A DNA stretch of 60,588 bases from Candidatus Omnitrophota bacterium (GTDB lineage Bacteria > Omnitrophota > Gorgyraeia > JABMRN01 > RBG-13-46-9), in NCBI GenBank assembly GCA_043817155.1, contig JBDRHE010000075.1, positions 1-60,588 of the forward strand. The letters run 5' to 3'. A program made the translations under genes and the position numbers. Of the stretch, positions 1 to 9,728 are shown one piece after another. The notes under the pieces are model-generated. The model searched no databases. It was given only the letters and a program-made list of their open reading frames with translations, and was not told the DNA's origin. Position 1 is the first letter of the stretch, and each line of letters starts with the position of its first letter.

Positions 1-57
1 CTTATAGCTTACGGCTTATGGCTTATAGCTCTCTAAGTCCTTCGAATAGTCCTTCGT
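1..57 (-). repeat. Partial periodic-arm element (AGCTATA/AGCCATA 7-mer family) cut by the window edge
   Basis: Reverse complement of 1-57 matches the arm at about 10883-10939 (acgaaggacgattcgaaggacttagagagctataagccataagccgtaagctataag) with 1 mismatch; also related to 4594-4650. Confidence 0.9.
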
Positions 58-59
58 GC

Positions 60-89
60 TTGACAATCTTTTGGCAAATGCTGTATACT
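60..89 (+). promoter_or_regulatory. Sigma70-type promoter upstream of ilvD
   Basis: TTGACA (60-65), 18-nt spacer, TATACT (84-89); AAGGAG RBS at 141-146. Confidence 0.7.
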
Positions 90-151
90 ATATTACTTAT
101 TAAGTATATTATGTCATAACATAATGATATATAGAGCTATAAGGAGTTAAC

Positions 152-1810
152 ATGAGAAGTGACAGAGTGAAGAAAGGTTTAGAGCGGATGCCGAATAGAG
201 CCCTTTTATATGCAACAGGTGTGTCACCATCTGATATGGCGAAACCCTTTATCGGCATTGCTTCGAGTTTCACGGATCTAATCCCCGGCCATGTCGGCAT
301 GAGGAGACTGGAGCGTTTCGCGGAGCGCGGTATTGCTGCAGGTGGAGGAGTGCCATTCATATTTGGGGTGCCCGGTATCTGTGACGGTATCGCGATGGGT
401 CATGTTGGCATGAAGTATTCGCTTGCTTCCAGAGAGCTGATCGCGGACATTATTGAGACAGTCTGCATGGCGCATCAATTGGACGGCCTGCTTTGTATTA
501 CCAACTGCGATAAGATCACTCCGGGAATGCTTATGGGCATCGCAAGGCTCAACATACCGTCGATCGTAGTGACTGCGGGGCCGATGATCTCGGGTAATTA
601 TAACTCCCTGCGCAGGAGTTTAGTAAGAGACACGTTTGAGGCAGTGGGCGCTTTTAAGGCCGAAAAGATCTCGAAGGAGGACATTGAATCCCTGGAACTC
701 TGCGCCTGTCCTGCTCAAGGGTCATGTCAGGGTCTCTATACTGCAAATTCCATGGCGTGCCTTACCGAAGCGCTCGGGATGAGTCTGCCGGGTTGTGGTA
801 CGGCATTAGCCGGATCCGCGAAGAAGGAGAGGATCACTTACGAATCAGGTGAGAAGGTTGTGAATTTGGCAAGAAGAAATGTTACGCCCAGAACGATTCT
901 TACACAGCAATCGTTCGAGAACGCTATAATGGTCGATATGGCGATCGGCGGGTCTACGAATACGGTTCTCCATCTTATGGCTATAGCCCATGAAGCTAAA
1001 GTTGATATAGATCTTAATCTATTTGACGAAATTAGCAGGAGGACTGCGCATATTACAAACTTAAGACCCGGCGGCGAACACTTCATGGAAGATCTCGAGT
1101 ATGCAGGAGGAATACCGGCTGTTATGAAGAGATTGATACAGACTATGAATAATGTCCAAACCTTAACAGGAAAGACTATAAGCCAAATAGCGGCCGGTAC
1201 GAAGATCTTTGACGAAGATGTGGTGCGTAGCATAAAGAACCCATATCATAAAGAGGGTGGCATATTTGTGCTAAAGGGCAACCTTGCCCCGGACGGAGCT
1301 GTTGTGAAGCAGTCCGCTATCGCAAGAGAGAATATGTGTTTTAAGGGAAACGCAAGGGTCTTTGAATCGGAAGAGTCGGCGATGGAGGCCATTCTCGGAA
1401 AGAAGATCAAAAAGGGTGATTGCGTTGTTATTAGATACGAAGGGCCGCGAGGCGGACCGGGTATGAGGGAGATGTTAGGCCCGACATCGGCAATTGCCGG
1501 TATGGGTTTGGGTGAGGACGTCGCGCTTATTACGGACGGAAGATTTTCAGGTGGAACGCGCGGTATAAGCGTGGGACATATTGCGCCTGAGGCAGCCAGC
1601 GGCGGTCCGATAAGCGTAGTGAAGGATGGAGACCAGATCGTTATAGATCTTAATAAAAGAAGCATAGATGTGAAACTTAGCCAGAGTGAATTGAGCGGCA
1701 GACTCGCTTCATGCAAAGAGCACGAACCGAAAATCAAGGAGGGGTATCTGGCAAGGTATGCGAAGCTGGTTGGCTCTGCAAGCAAAGGAGCGGTATTTAA
1801 CAGCGATTAG
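152..1810 (+). CDS. ilvD: Dihydroxy-acid dehydratase
   Basis: 552 aa; [34 protein letters not shown] and ITDGRFSG motifs. Confidence 0.97.
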   Translation: MRSDRVKKGLERMPNRALLYATGVSPSDMAKPFIGIASSFTDLIPGHVGMRRLERFAERGIAAGGGVPFIFGVPGICDGIAMGHVGMKYSLASRELIADIIETVCMAHQLDGLLCITNCDKITPGMLMGIARLNIPSIVVTAGPMISGNYNSLRRSLVRDTFEAVGAFKAEKISKEDIESLELCACPAQGSCQGLYTANSMACLTEALGMSLPGCGTALAGSAKKERITYESGEKVVNLARRNVTPRTILTQQSFENAIMVDMAIGGSTNTVLHLMAIAHEAKVDIDLNLFDEISRRTAHITNLRPGGEHFMEDLEYAGGIPAVMKRLIQTMNNVQTLTGKTISQIAAGTKIFDEDVVRSIKNPYHKEGGIFVLKGNLAPDGAVVKQSAIARENMCFKGNARVFESEESAMEAILGKKIKKGDCVVIRYEGPRGGPGMREMLGPTSAIAGMGLGEDVALITDGRFSGGTRGISVGHIAPEAASGGPISVVKDGDQIVIDLNKRSIDVKLSQSELSGRLASCKEHEPKIKEGYLARYAKLVGSASKGAVFNSD

Positions 1811-2042
1811 CGGATAGGTTTAGGTTCGAAGAATTAAGTTAAGCGTATAGCGCATAGCGCATAGCGGATAGCGAATAGGTTCGAAGGATAAAGACTAGCG
1901 TTTAGCGATTAGCGTATAGCGGATAGGTTGGAATATTGCTTTTTTGAAACGTTAAGTACTAGCCTACACGCTAAACGCTATATGCTATCTGCTAAGTGTA
2001 AAATACTAACCTATACGCTATGTGCTATACGCTATACGCTAA
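1808..2042. repeat. Doubly nested periodic-arm palindrome (TAGCGTA/TAGCGCA 7-mers versus CTATACG/CGCTATA)
   Basis: Left arms at about 1808-1880 and 1896-1928, reverse-complement right arms at about 1961-1993 and 2009-2042. Confidence 0.9.
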
Positions 2043-2057
2043 AGATGGAGAATTAGT

Positions 2058-3743
2058 ATGACAAAAAAGAATGGTGCGCAGATACTCTTAGATGCTCTAA
2101 AGCACGAAAATGTTAAGGTTATGTTTGGCTATCCGGGGGGATCGGTTTTGCCGCTCTTCGATAAGATCTATGATTGCAAGGAGCCGCACTTTATATTGAC
2201 AAGACACGAACAGGGCGCTGCCCATGCGGCCGATGGTTATGCCCGTGCGACCGGGGATGTAGGTGTTTGTATAGCTACTTCCGGTCCGGGAGCCACAAAT
2301 CTTGTAACAGGAATCGCTACAGCTTTTATGGATTCAGTGCCTATAGTGGCTTTTACAGGACAGGTCAAGACATTTCTTATCGGGAACGATGCGTTCCAGG
2401 AAGCGGATGTTACAGGAATAACAAGGCCCATCACAAAGCACAATTTTTTGGTTAAAGACGTGCGGGAACTTTCACAGACTATTAAGGAAGCTTTTCATAT
2501 TGCAAGGACTGGTAGGCCGGGCCCTGTTGTTATAGACCTACCTTCGGATGTGCAGACTGCAGAGTGCGATTCCCATTACCCGAAGAAGGTATACATTAGA
2601 AGCTATAATCCTACTTACGAGGGCCACACCGGTCAAATAAAGAGGATGGCAAGGAGCATAGAGAAGAGCAAGAGGCCGGTTCTCTACGTGGGTGGCGGTG
2701 TAATAATCTCCGGCGCTACGCGTGAGCTCATGGATCTTGTGAAGAAGACAAGGATACCGGTCACTACTACGCTTATGGCGATGGGAGCATTTCCGGATAC
2801 GCATGATTTGAGCCTTGGTATGCTTGGTATGCATGGAACCGCTTATGCCAATCACGCAGTACAGGATTCAGACCTTCTTATTGCGGTTGGGGCAAGATTC
2901 GATGACAGGGTGACCGGGAAGCTCGATGAGTTCGCGCCTCATGCTAAGGTTATCCATATCGATATAGATCCATCGAGCGTGAGCAAGAACGTGGATGTGG
3001 ATATTCCATGCATAGGGGATGCGAAACGCACCTTAAAGATACTGAACAAGAATTTAAAGAATAAACCCGATCTGGGACCCTGGCTTAAGAAGATAGCGGA
3101 GTGGAAGAGGAAAGCGCCTCTAAGCTACAAGAATGACAGCAAGCTAAGGCCGCAATATGTGGTCGAAGAGATCTACAAAGCGACCAAAGGAGACGCCATT
3201 ATTACAACGGAAGTCGGGCAGAACCAGATGTGGGCGGCGCAGTACTATAAGTACACCAAGCCGAGAACCTTTCTTTCGAGCGGTGGTTTGGGCACTATGG
3301 GATTCGGTTTTCCTGCGGCGATCGGAGCTAAGGTCGCTAAACCGGAAAAGGTGGTTTTTGATATAGCCGGTGACGGATCCATACAGATGAATATCCAGGA
3401 GTTAGCTACTTCGGTGCTTAACAAGATCCACGTTAAGATAGCGATTCTAAACAACAACTATCTGGGCATGGTAAGACAGTGGCAGGAGTTGTTTTTCAAC
3501 AGAAGATACTCCCATACGTTTTTGAATACCAACAATTGTCCCGACTTCGTTAAACTTGCAGAAAGTTATGGCGCTGTTGGAATTCGTGTTACCAAGAAGT
3601 CCGAGGTTAAGAAGGCGCTAGAAAAGGCTATAAAGATACCGAATACGGTATTAATAGATTTCAAGGTTGAAGAGGAGGAGAACGTTATGCCCATGGTCCC
3701 CGCGGGACAGGCGATCAACAGAATGATCGGCGGCATGGCTTAG
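2058..3743 (+). CDS. ilvB: Acetolactate synthase large subunit
   Basis: 561 aa; [32 protein letters not shown] and [15 protein letters not shown] motif. Confidence 0.97.
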   Translation: MTKKNGAQILLDALKHENVKVMFGYPGGSVLPLFDKIYDCKEPHFILTRHEQGAAHAADGYARATGDVGVCIATSGPGATNLVTGIATAFMDSVPIVAFTGQVKTFLIGNDAFQEADVTGITRPITKHNFLVKDVRELSQTIKEAFHIARTGRPGPVVIDLPSDVQTAECDSHYPKKVYIRSYNPTYEGHTGQIKRMARSIEKSKRPVLYVGGGVIISGATRELMDLVKKTRIPVTTTLMAMGAFPDTHDLSLGMLGMHGTAYANHAVQDSDLLIAVGARFDDRVTGKLDEFAPHAKVIHIDIDPSSVSKNVDVDIPCIGDAKRTLKILNKNLKNKPDLGPWLKKIAEWKRKAPLSYKNDSKLRPQYVVEEIYKATKGDAIITTEVGQNQMWAAQYYKYTKPRTFLSSGGLGTMGFGFPAAIGAKVAKPEKVVFDIAGDGSIQMNIQELATSVLNKIHVKIAILNNNYLGMVRQWQELFFNRRYSHTFLNTNNCPDFVKLAESYGAVGIRVTKKSEVKKALEKAIKIPNTVLIDFKVEEEENVMPMVPAGQAINRMIGGMA

Positions 3744-3962
3744 CTCGAAGGACGCACGTTACGATAGACGAAGGACGATTCGTGATTCCTCGTCTTTGCG
3801 AAGTGCCGTAATATACTAAGCGCACTGAAGCATCTCAAACTAGCTCGAATGAGATTGCCTGCCTGCCCGCCAAAGCTTTTAAATGGCAGGCGGGCCTGCC
3901 AGTATATTTCGGGCAGGCAGGCTTCGGCACGCTCGAATATTCCGGTGCCTCGCAAAGACGAG
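3741..3962. repeat. Composite: GACGAAG-type arm, then F1 inverted repeat (3789-3962) with a 64-bp CCTGCCTGCC...GGCAGGCAGG hairpin at 3858-3921
   Basis: ctcgtctttgcga...gaagca and gagattg[insert]cttcggcacg...tcgcaaagacgag arms; the insert is identical to 7750-7813 and 7869-7932. Confidence 0.95.
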
Positions 3963-3990
3963 GGAAGCATATAAGAAGCAGGAGAAGAAT

Positions 3991-4476
3991 ATGGACAAAT
4001 TTACGCTTTCAGTATTGGTTGAGAATAAGTTTGGAGTTCTGGCTCGGATCGCGGGCCTTTTCAGCGCCCGTGGGTTCAATATCGATTCACTCGCCGTGGC
4101 AGAGACGGAGGATCCTACCATGTCACGGATGATCATGGTCGTTTCTGCGGACGCGAAGACGTTGGAGCAGATAAAGAAGCAGCTGAACAAGGTTATCGAT
4201 GTTATAAAGGTTATAGACCTTACCAAGAAAGATTACATCGATAGGGAGCTGGTTCTTATCAAGGTGAAGATCGATAGCAAGACAAGGGACAAGGTGATTC
4301 AGGTTGTGGACAGTCTGAACGCCAAGGTTGTAGACATGGGAAAGGATTTTCTCACGGTTGAGGAAGTGGGCGACGCCAATAAGACAAGCGCAACGCTGGG
4401 GCTCCTTAGGTCTTTTGGGATAACCGAGATAGTTCGCACAGGAAGGGTTGCTATACAGGCAGCGGAAAAAAAATAG
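3991..4476 (+). CDS. ilvH: Acetolactate synthase small (regulatory) subunit
   Basis: From ATG 3991 (GGAGAAG RBS): LSVLVENKFGVLARIAGLFSARGFNIDSL ACT domain. The ORF-track start at 3883 lies inside repeat DNA. Confidence 0.95.
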   Translation: MDKFTLSVLVENKFGVLARIAGLFSARGFNIDSLAVAETEDPTMSRMIMVVSADAKTLEQIKKQLNKVIDVIKVIDLTKKDYIDRELVLIKVKIDSKTRDKVIQVVDSLNAKVVDMGKDFLTVEEVGDANKTSATLGLLRSFGITEIVRTGRVAIQAAEKK

Positions 4477-4800
4477 ACAAAAGTCTACAGACTATAGACT
4501 AGAGACTAATGTGAGTAAGAAGGTTTCTTAAGGTTTCATAAAGTTTCTTGACGTTGCTTAAGGTTGCAAGACGGAAATGGGATACGTTAATGGACGAAGG
4601 ACGATTCGAAGGACTTAGAGAGCTATAAGTCATAAGCCGTAAGCTATAAGTAATGTGATATGATTTGAGCTTATAGCTTAAGGCTTAGAGCTTAAAGCTG
4701 TTAGTACAAGATATATACTATTGAAATACAGTTGAAAATACTTGGAACATTCCGAAGCTATAAGAGACTATAGTCTTTGGTCTGTAGTCTATGTTCTATG
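4477..4800. repeat. Nested composite: outer AGACTAT/TAGTCT arms (about 4478-4510 and 4766-4795) around a GTTTCTTAAG 10-mer arm, a GACGAAG arm, an AGCTATA palindrome and a TTGAAATAC run
   Basis: Read directly; 4592-4730 is repeated at 10881-11019 with 5 mismatches. Confidence 0.9.
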
Positions 4801-4832
4801 AGGGTTGGTAATTAACAGAGAGGAGAAAAGAG

Positions 4833-5819
4833 ATGGCAAAGGTTTATCGAGACAAAGATGCTAATCTGGAACTGATCAAGAAGAAGGTGGTGGCTATTAT
4901 TGGGTATGGCATACAGGGACGGGGACAGGCTCTAAATCTTAGGGATTCAGGGATAAAGGTTATCGTAAGCGAGCTCGAAGGTACGCAGAATTACAGGAAT
5001 GCGGTAAAAGATAAATTCAAACCCGTTTCAGCAGACATCGCGGCAAAGAGCGCCGACATTATACAGATATTAACACAGGACCATGTACAGGCAAAGGTGT
5101 ACAAGTCAATGATCGAACCGAATCTAAAAACCGGGAAAGCCCTGGTATTTTCGCACGGTTTTAATATCCATTTTAAGCAGATCGTGCCACCAAAATATAT
5201 TGATGTGTTTATGATAGCACCGAAGGGACCGGGAGCTTTAGTCAGACAGCAGTATGAAGAAGGCAAAGGCGTACCGTGTCTGGTGGCTATATATCAAAAT
5301 CCCTCAGGAAAAGCCCTGAAACTGGCGCTGGCTTATGCTAAAGGTATTGGCGGAACAAGGGCAGGAGTAATTAAGACCACCTTCAAAGAGGAGACCGAGA
5401 CTGACCTGTTTGGTGAACAAGCAGTTCTATGCGGTGGGGCATCGGAGCTTATTAAAGCCGGATTCGATACCCTGGTGAATGCCGGATATCAGCCGGAAAT
5501 TGCATATTTTGAGTGTCTTCACGAATTGAAACTGATAACGGATCTTATCTACAGATACGGTATTCAGGGTATGAGAAAGAGGGTTTCGGATACTGCAGAA
5601 TACGGGGATCTCAGCAGAGGAAGAAGGATAATTACACAGGAGACCCGGAAAGCCATGAAGACTATGCTAAGGGAAGTTCAGACAGGGAAATTCGCTAAAG
5701 AGTGGATAAAAGAGAATAGCAAAGGAAGGCCCCGGTTCAACAAATGGTCAAAAGCGGATGACAGGCATCCGGTAGAGGTGGTAGGCAAGAAACTCCGCAA
5801 GATGATGCCGTGGCTCTAA
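4833..5819 (+). CDS. ilvC: Ketol-acid reductoisomerase
   Basis: 328 aa; [20 protein letters not shown] and [16 protein letters not shown] motifs. Confidence 0.97.
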   Translation: MAKVYRDKDANLELIKKKVVAIIGYGIQGRGQALNLRDSGIKVIVSELEGTQNYRNAVKDKFKPVSADIAAKSADIIQILTQDHVQAKVYKSMIEPNLKTGKALVFSHGFNIHFKQIVPPKYIDVFMIAPKGPGALVRQQYEEGKGVPCLVAIYQNPSGKALKLALAYAKGIGGTRAGVIKTTFKEETETDLFGEQAVLCGGASELIKAGFDTLVNAGYQPEIAYFECLHELKLITDLIYRYGIQGMRKRVSDTAEYGDLSRGRRIITQETRKAMKTMLREVQTGKFAKEWIKENSKGRPRFNKWSKADDRHPVEVVGKKLRKMMPWL

Positions 5820-5833
5820 CGCTAGATAATTAA

Positions 5834-6121
5834 GCTACGATAGACGAAGGACGTGGGACGATTCGCTCTATCTCGTCTTTGCGAGGTGCCGTAAATAAAT
5901 TAGCGCACCGAAGCAAACTTCTGTCATCCCCGCGCAAGCGGGGATCCAGAGTGAACTCGTTGAGAGTGCATCCATGGATTCCCGCTTCCGCGGGAATGAC
6001 AACTTTAGATTGCTTCGGCACGTTCGAATATTCCGGTGCCTCGCAAAGACGGATAGGAGAAGATCTAATCGTCCATCGTCCAAGCGACCGTAAGGGAGCG
6101 GACGTCCGTCGTCCTTCGTAA
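5834..6121. repeat. Three-layer composite: GACGAAG arms (5834-5862, 6067-6121) around F1 arms (5872-5915, 6007-6050) around an F2 GTCATCCCCGCG...CGGGAATGAC palindrome (5923-6000)
   Basis: Each layer is bounded by its own inverted arms; a small extra hairpin-like insert gcgaccgtaagggagcg sits in the right outer arm. Confidence 0.95.
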
Positions 6122-6134
6122 CGGGGAGAGATGT

Positions 6135-7649
6135 ATGAAAGATAGAATCATAATATTCGATACAACACTAAGAGATGGTGAGCAGTCGCCCGGGGCAAGC
6201 CTCAACAATAAAGAGAAGCTCGAGATCGCAAAACAACTCGAAGCGCTCAATGTAGATATCATTGAAGCAGGATTTCCTATTTCGAGTCCCGGAGATTTCA
6301 ATGCCGTAAGGACCGTTGCCAGGGAGATAAAGAAAGTGGGGGTTTGCGCGCTTGCGCGTGCCGTGAAGGAGGACATAGATGCCGCCTACAGGGCTGTTAA
6401 ATATGCGAGGCGTCCGCGGATACACGTATTCCTGGCTACTTCAGAGATACACATGAAGTACAAACTGAAGAAGGCAAAGGGCGAGATCCTTAAGGCAGCC
6501 GTACAGGCTGTAAAATACGCCAGACGGAAAGTAAGCGATATTGAGTTCTCCCCGGAAGACGCGTCCCGTACTGAGAAGGAATTTCTCTATGAGGTTATCG
6601 AGGCGGTCATAGCTGCAGGCGCCGGAACGGTAAATATTCCGGATACGGTGGGTTATTCGGTACCCTATGAATTTGGTTTACTTATAAAGGGCATAAAGGA
6701 GAACGTGCCGAACATTGACAAGGCTATTATAAGCGTCCATTGTCACAACGACCTTGGTCTTGGAACCAGCAATTCACTCGCGGCCGCTTTGAACGGGGCG
6801 CGTCAGATCGAATGCACGATAAACGGTATTGGCGAAAGAGCCGGCAACGCATCTCTTGAAGAGATAGTCATGTCTATTGCTACAAGAAAGGACATCTTTA
6901 ACTTTGACACAAAGATAAGAGCAAAGAGGATTTATAAAACGTCCAGGCTGGTCAGCAAGCTTACCGGGATCACGGTCCAGCCGAACAAGGCTATCGTGGG
7001 CGCTAATGCCTTTGCTCACGAAGCCGGCATACACCAGGACGGGCTTTTGAAGGAGCGCAGGACCTACGAGATCATAAAGCCGGAGGACGTCGGGTTTCAG
7101 GAGACGAAGCTTGTGCTCGGTAAGCATTCAGGCAGGCACGCCCTAAAGGCGAGATTGAATAGGTTGGGGTATACGCTAAGCGATAAGGAACTACACGGGG
7201 CTTTTTTCAGATTTAAGAAGTTGGCTGATAAGAAGAAGGAGATCTTTGATGATGATCTTGCCACCATCGTGGAGGATGAGATAGGAACTACTCCTGAGAT
7301 CTATAAGATGGTCAGTTTCTATGTACTTAGCGGCAACAAGGTTACTCCAAGCGCAACGGTAACTTTAGAGCACAAGGGTAAGAATTTGATAGTTAACTCG
7401 ACAGGGGATGGTCCGGTTGACGCTTGCTATAAGGCGGTCGAAAAGATGGTGGATGTAAAGCCCAGGCTTCTGGCGTACAATCTGACCGCTGTTACAGCCG
7501 GTAAGGATGCTCTGGGTGAGGTCTCTGTAAGGCTAAAGATCGAAAAGCAAGAGGTAAACGGCAGGGGCGCCAGCACAGATGTCGTAGAAGCGAGCCTTAA
7601 AGCATATCTTAATGCTTTGAACAAGTACAAGCTGCTTAATAAGAGATAG
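6135..7649 (+). CDS. leuA: 2-isopropylmalate synthase
   Basis: 504 aa; DTTLRDGEQ, HCHNDLG, GIGERAGN, AHEAGIHQDG and a C-terminal regulatory domain (GDGPVDA). Confidence 0.96.
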   Translation: MKDRIIIFDTTLRDGEQSPGASLNNKEKLEIAKQLEALNVDIIEAGFPISSPGDFNAVRTVAREIKKVGVCALARAVKEDIDAAYRAVKYARRPRIHVFLATSEIHMKYKLKKAKGEILKAAVQAVKYARRKVSDIEFSPEDASRTEKEFLYEVIEAVIAAGAGTVNIPDTVGYSVPYEFGLLIKGIKENVPNIDKAIISVHCHNDLGLGTSNSLAAALNGARQIECTINGIGERAGNASLEEIVMSIATRKDIFNFDTKIRAKRIYKTSRLVSKLTGITVQPNKAIVGANAFAHEAGIHQDGLLKERRTYEIIKPEDVGFQETKLVLGKHSGRHALKARLNRLGYTLSDKELHGAFFRFKKLADKKKEIFDDDLATIVEDEIGTTPEIYKMVSFYVLSGNKVTPSATVTLEHKGKNLIVNSTGDGPVDACYKAVEKMVDVKPRLLAYNLTAVTAGKDALGEVSVRLKIEKQEVNGRGASTDVVEASLKAYLNALNKYKLLNKR

Positions 7650-7654
7650 GTATA

Positions 7655-7998
7655 AACGCAGATCGGCACAGGCTGTATTTCTCGTCTTTGCGAGGTGCCG
7701 TAAATAGCTGAGCGCACCGAAGCAATCTCAAACTAGCTCGATGAGATTGCCTGCCTGCCCGCCAAAGCTTTTAAATGGCAGGCGGGCCTGCCAGTATATT
7801 TCGGGCAGGCAGGCTTCGGCACGCTCGAATATTCCGGTGCCTCGCAAAGACGAGGAAAGATGAGATTGCCTGCCTGCCCGCCAAAGCTTTTAAATGGCAG
7901 GCGGGCCTGCCAGTATATTTCGGGCAGGCAGGCTTCGGCACGCTCGAATCTTACGGTGCCTCGCAAAGACGAGTTAAGCATCTGCGCTCATCTGTGTT
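7655..7998. repeat. CACAGAT/ATCTGTG outer arms around F1 with a tandemly duplicated right arm, each copy carrying the 64-bp insert
   Basis: F1 left arm 7681-7729; right arms 7743-7854 and 7862-7973. Confidence 0.95.
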
Positions 7999-8011
7999 AT
8001 AGAAGATTATT

Positions 8012-8866
8012 ATGAAGACATACGGGCTTTTAGGGAAGAACATAAGCTATTCTCTCTCTCCATGCATGCATAATGCTGCTTTTAAGGCGCTTGGTATTTA
8101 TGCAAGCTATAAGATATTCGATACGGACGAAAAAGGGCTTGAATCTTTCTTTTTCAGTCTGAAGAAGGGAGACATAGCAGGATGCAACGTGACCATACCC
8201 TACAAGGAGAGGGCGCTCTCGTTTGTTGGATCTAATAGTTCCGCGGTAAAGACCATAGGGGCATTAAATACTATAGTCCGTGAAGACGGCGCTTTAAAAG
8301 GCCACAATACAGACTACCTCGGTTTTATGATGGCGCTTAAAGGAAAGAGGTCAGGCGACCTCAATTTTGATCCGGACGGTAAGAACGTCTTCATGTTTGG
8401 GGCCGGCGGAGCTGCAAAGGCCATCGCTTATGTTCTTTCCAATGTGCTGGGCGCAAAGAGGATCATAATAGCGGATGTTGATACAGAAAAAGCCGATGGT
8501 TTGGCGAGCTATATCGGGGAGAATGCGGCCAGGGATATCACGATCGCGGTTGCGCATGACAAAGAACAATATAACGATTTTATAGCTAATTCAGATCTCC
8601 TTGTAAACGCGACGCCTTGCGGTTTGAAGGATGGCGATCCCGAACTCTTCGATTATAGATACGTTGAGCAGAAGCATTATGTATTTGATCTCATATATTC
8701 TGTTAAAACGCCGCTTATGAAGAGGGCCGAGTACCAGGCGGCTAACGCTATTGACGGTTTAAACATGCTCCTTTATCAGGCAGCAAGGGCATTTGAGTAT
8801 TGGACAGGTTGCGAGGCCCCGATAGACATTATGAGGGAAGCGCTTTTGGAGAAGATGCAAAAATGA
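8012..8866 (+). CDS. aroE: Shikimate dehydrogenase
   Basis: 284 aa; SLSPCMHN, NVTIPYKE, GHNTDY, GAGGAA and GLNMLLYQA motifs. Confidence 0.95.
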   Translation: MKTYGLLGKNISYSLSPCMHNAAFKALGIYASYKIFDTDEKGLESFFFSLKKGDIAGCNVTIPYKERALSFVGSNSSAVKTIGALNTIVREDGALKGHNTDYLGFMMALKGKRSGDLNFDPDGKNVFMFGAGGAAKAIAYVLSNVLGAKRIIIADVDTEKADGLASYIGENAARDITIAVAHDKEQYNDFIANSDLLVNATPCGLKDGDPELFDYRYVEQKHYVFDLIYSVKTPLMKRAEYQAANAIDGLNMLLYQAARAFEYWTGCEAPIDIMREALLEKMQK

Positions 8867-9633
8867 TAATTATAGCTCTATTTATCGCAGGTACAATCAT
8901 AGGCAGCTTCATGAATGTATGTATTTACAGGTTGCCCGGAGGTGAGTCCATAATAAAGCCGCGGTCGCGGTGCATCTCTTGTGGTAAAGCGATAGCATGG
9001 TTTGACAACATTCCCATTTTGAGTTTCCTTGCGCTGCGTGGCAGGTGTAGATCCTGCAAGAAGACGATCTCCATCAGGTATCCGATAGTCGAGATCATAT
9101 CAGGGATTATGTGCGCTTTGCTCTTTACGTACTTTGGATTTACAGCAAAGTCTTTTATACTCCTGGTCTTTTCGTGCGCGCTTGTCGTAGTGTCATTTAT
9201 AGACTTTGCTATCCAGGAGATACCGGATGTTATCACATTGCCCGGCATTGTCATAGGATTGATATCGGCAGCGCTCTTTCCGTCTCTGGTAGGCAGCCCC
9301 GATAATATATCTGCATTCTTCAACTCTTTTCTGGGGGTCCTGGCCGGCGGAGGAACGATATACATACTTGGATTTGTAGGCGAGTTTATATTTAAGAAAG
9401 AGGCAATGGGCGGGGGCGACGTTAAGCTCCTGGCGATGATAGGCGCGTTCATCGGGTGGAAACTGGCCATATTTACCTTCTTTTTGGCACCCTTCTTCGG
9501 CGCTGCAGTGGGGATCACACTGAAGCTAAAAGATGGCAGGGAGATAATACCCTACGGCCCATATCTTTCGCTTGCAGCTATCGTTGCAATATTTTACGGC
9601 GATGCGGTTATTGGGAAACTGTTTATTCTGTAA
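8863..9633 (+). CDS. pilD: Prepilin peptidase
   Basis: GSFMNVCIYRLP, two CxxC pairs, IDFAIQEIPD, MGGGDVKL and IPYGPYL. Start placed at ATG 8863, overlapping the aroE stop. Confidence 0.93.
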   Translation: MIIIALFIAGTIIGSFMNVCIYRLPGGESIIKPRSRCISCGKAIAWFDNIPILSFLALRGRCRSCKKTISIRYPIVEIISGIMCALLFTYFGFTAKSFILLVFSCALVVVSFIDFAIQEIPDVITLPGIVIGLISAALFPSLVGSPDNISAFFNSFLGVLAGGGTIYILGFVGEFIFKKEAMGGGDVKLLAMIGAFIGWKLAIFTFFLAPFFGAAVGITLKLKDGREIIPYGPYLSLAAIVAIFYGDAVIGKLFIL

Positions 9634-9696
9634 GTAGCGAGTAGAGAGTAGCAAGTAGCGAGAATTTCGCTAATCTCTACTTGCTACTCGCTACTT
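9632..9696. repeat. AGTAGCG/AGTAGAG 7-mer periodic palindrome (F5)
   Basis: agtagcgagtagagagtagcaagtagcgaga, loop, ctctacttgctactcgctact; also at 27912, 37289 and 40861. Confidence 0.93.
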
Positions 9697-9728
9697 TCGA
9701 AATCATTTGTTATAGGAAGGAGTCCAGT

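Noticed and set aside
90-151. Attenuator or T-box leader for the ilv-leu operon
   Set aside because: The leader is too short, with no leader peptide rich in Ile/Leu/Val and no T-box consensus.
3740-3990. Short ORFs and N-terminal extensions read from repeats (also ORF-track entries at 5830-6121, 7733-8002, 10974-11288, 15856-16261, 17458-17760, 22504-22848, 29151-29477, 44166-44351, 49252-49566)
   Set aside because: They translate the palindromes themselves (RHARIFRCLAKT, SSPRKRGS, WIPASAGMT peptides recur at unrelated loci); true starts with RBSs lie downstream.
9632-9696. Calling the palindromes ordinary intrinsic terminators
   Set aside because: They are dispersed multi-copy families in both orientations inside apparent operons, mostly without U-tracts; a secondary terminator role is not excluded.
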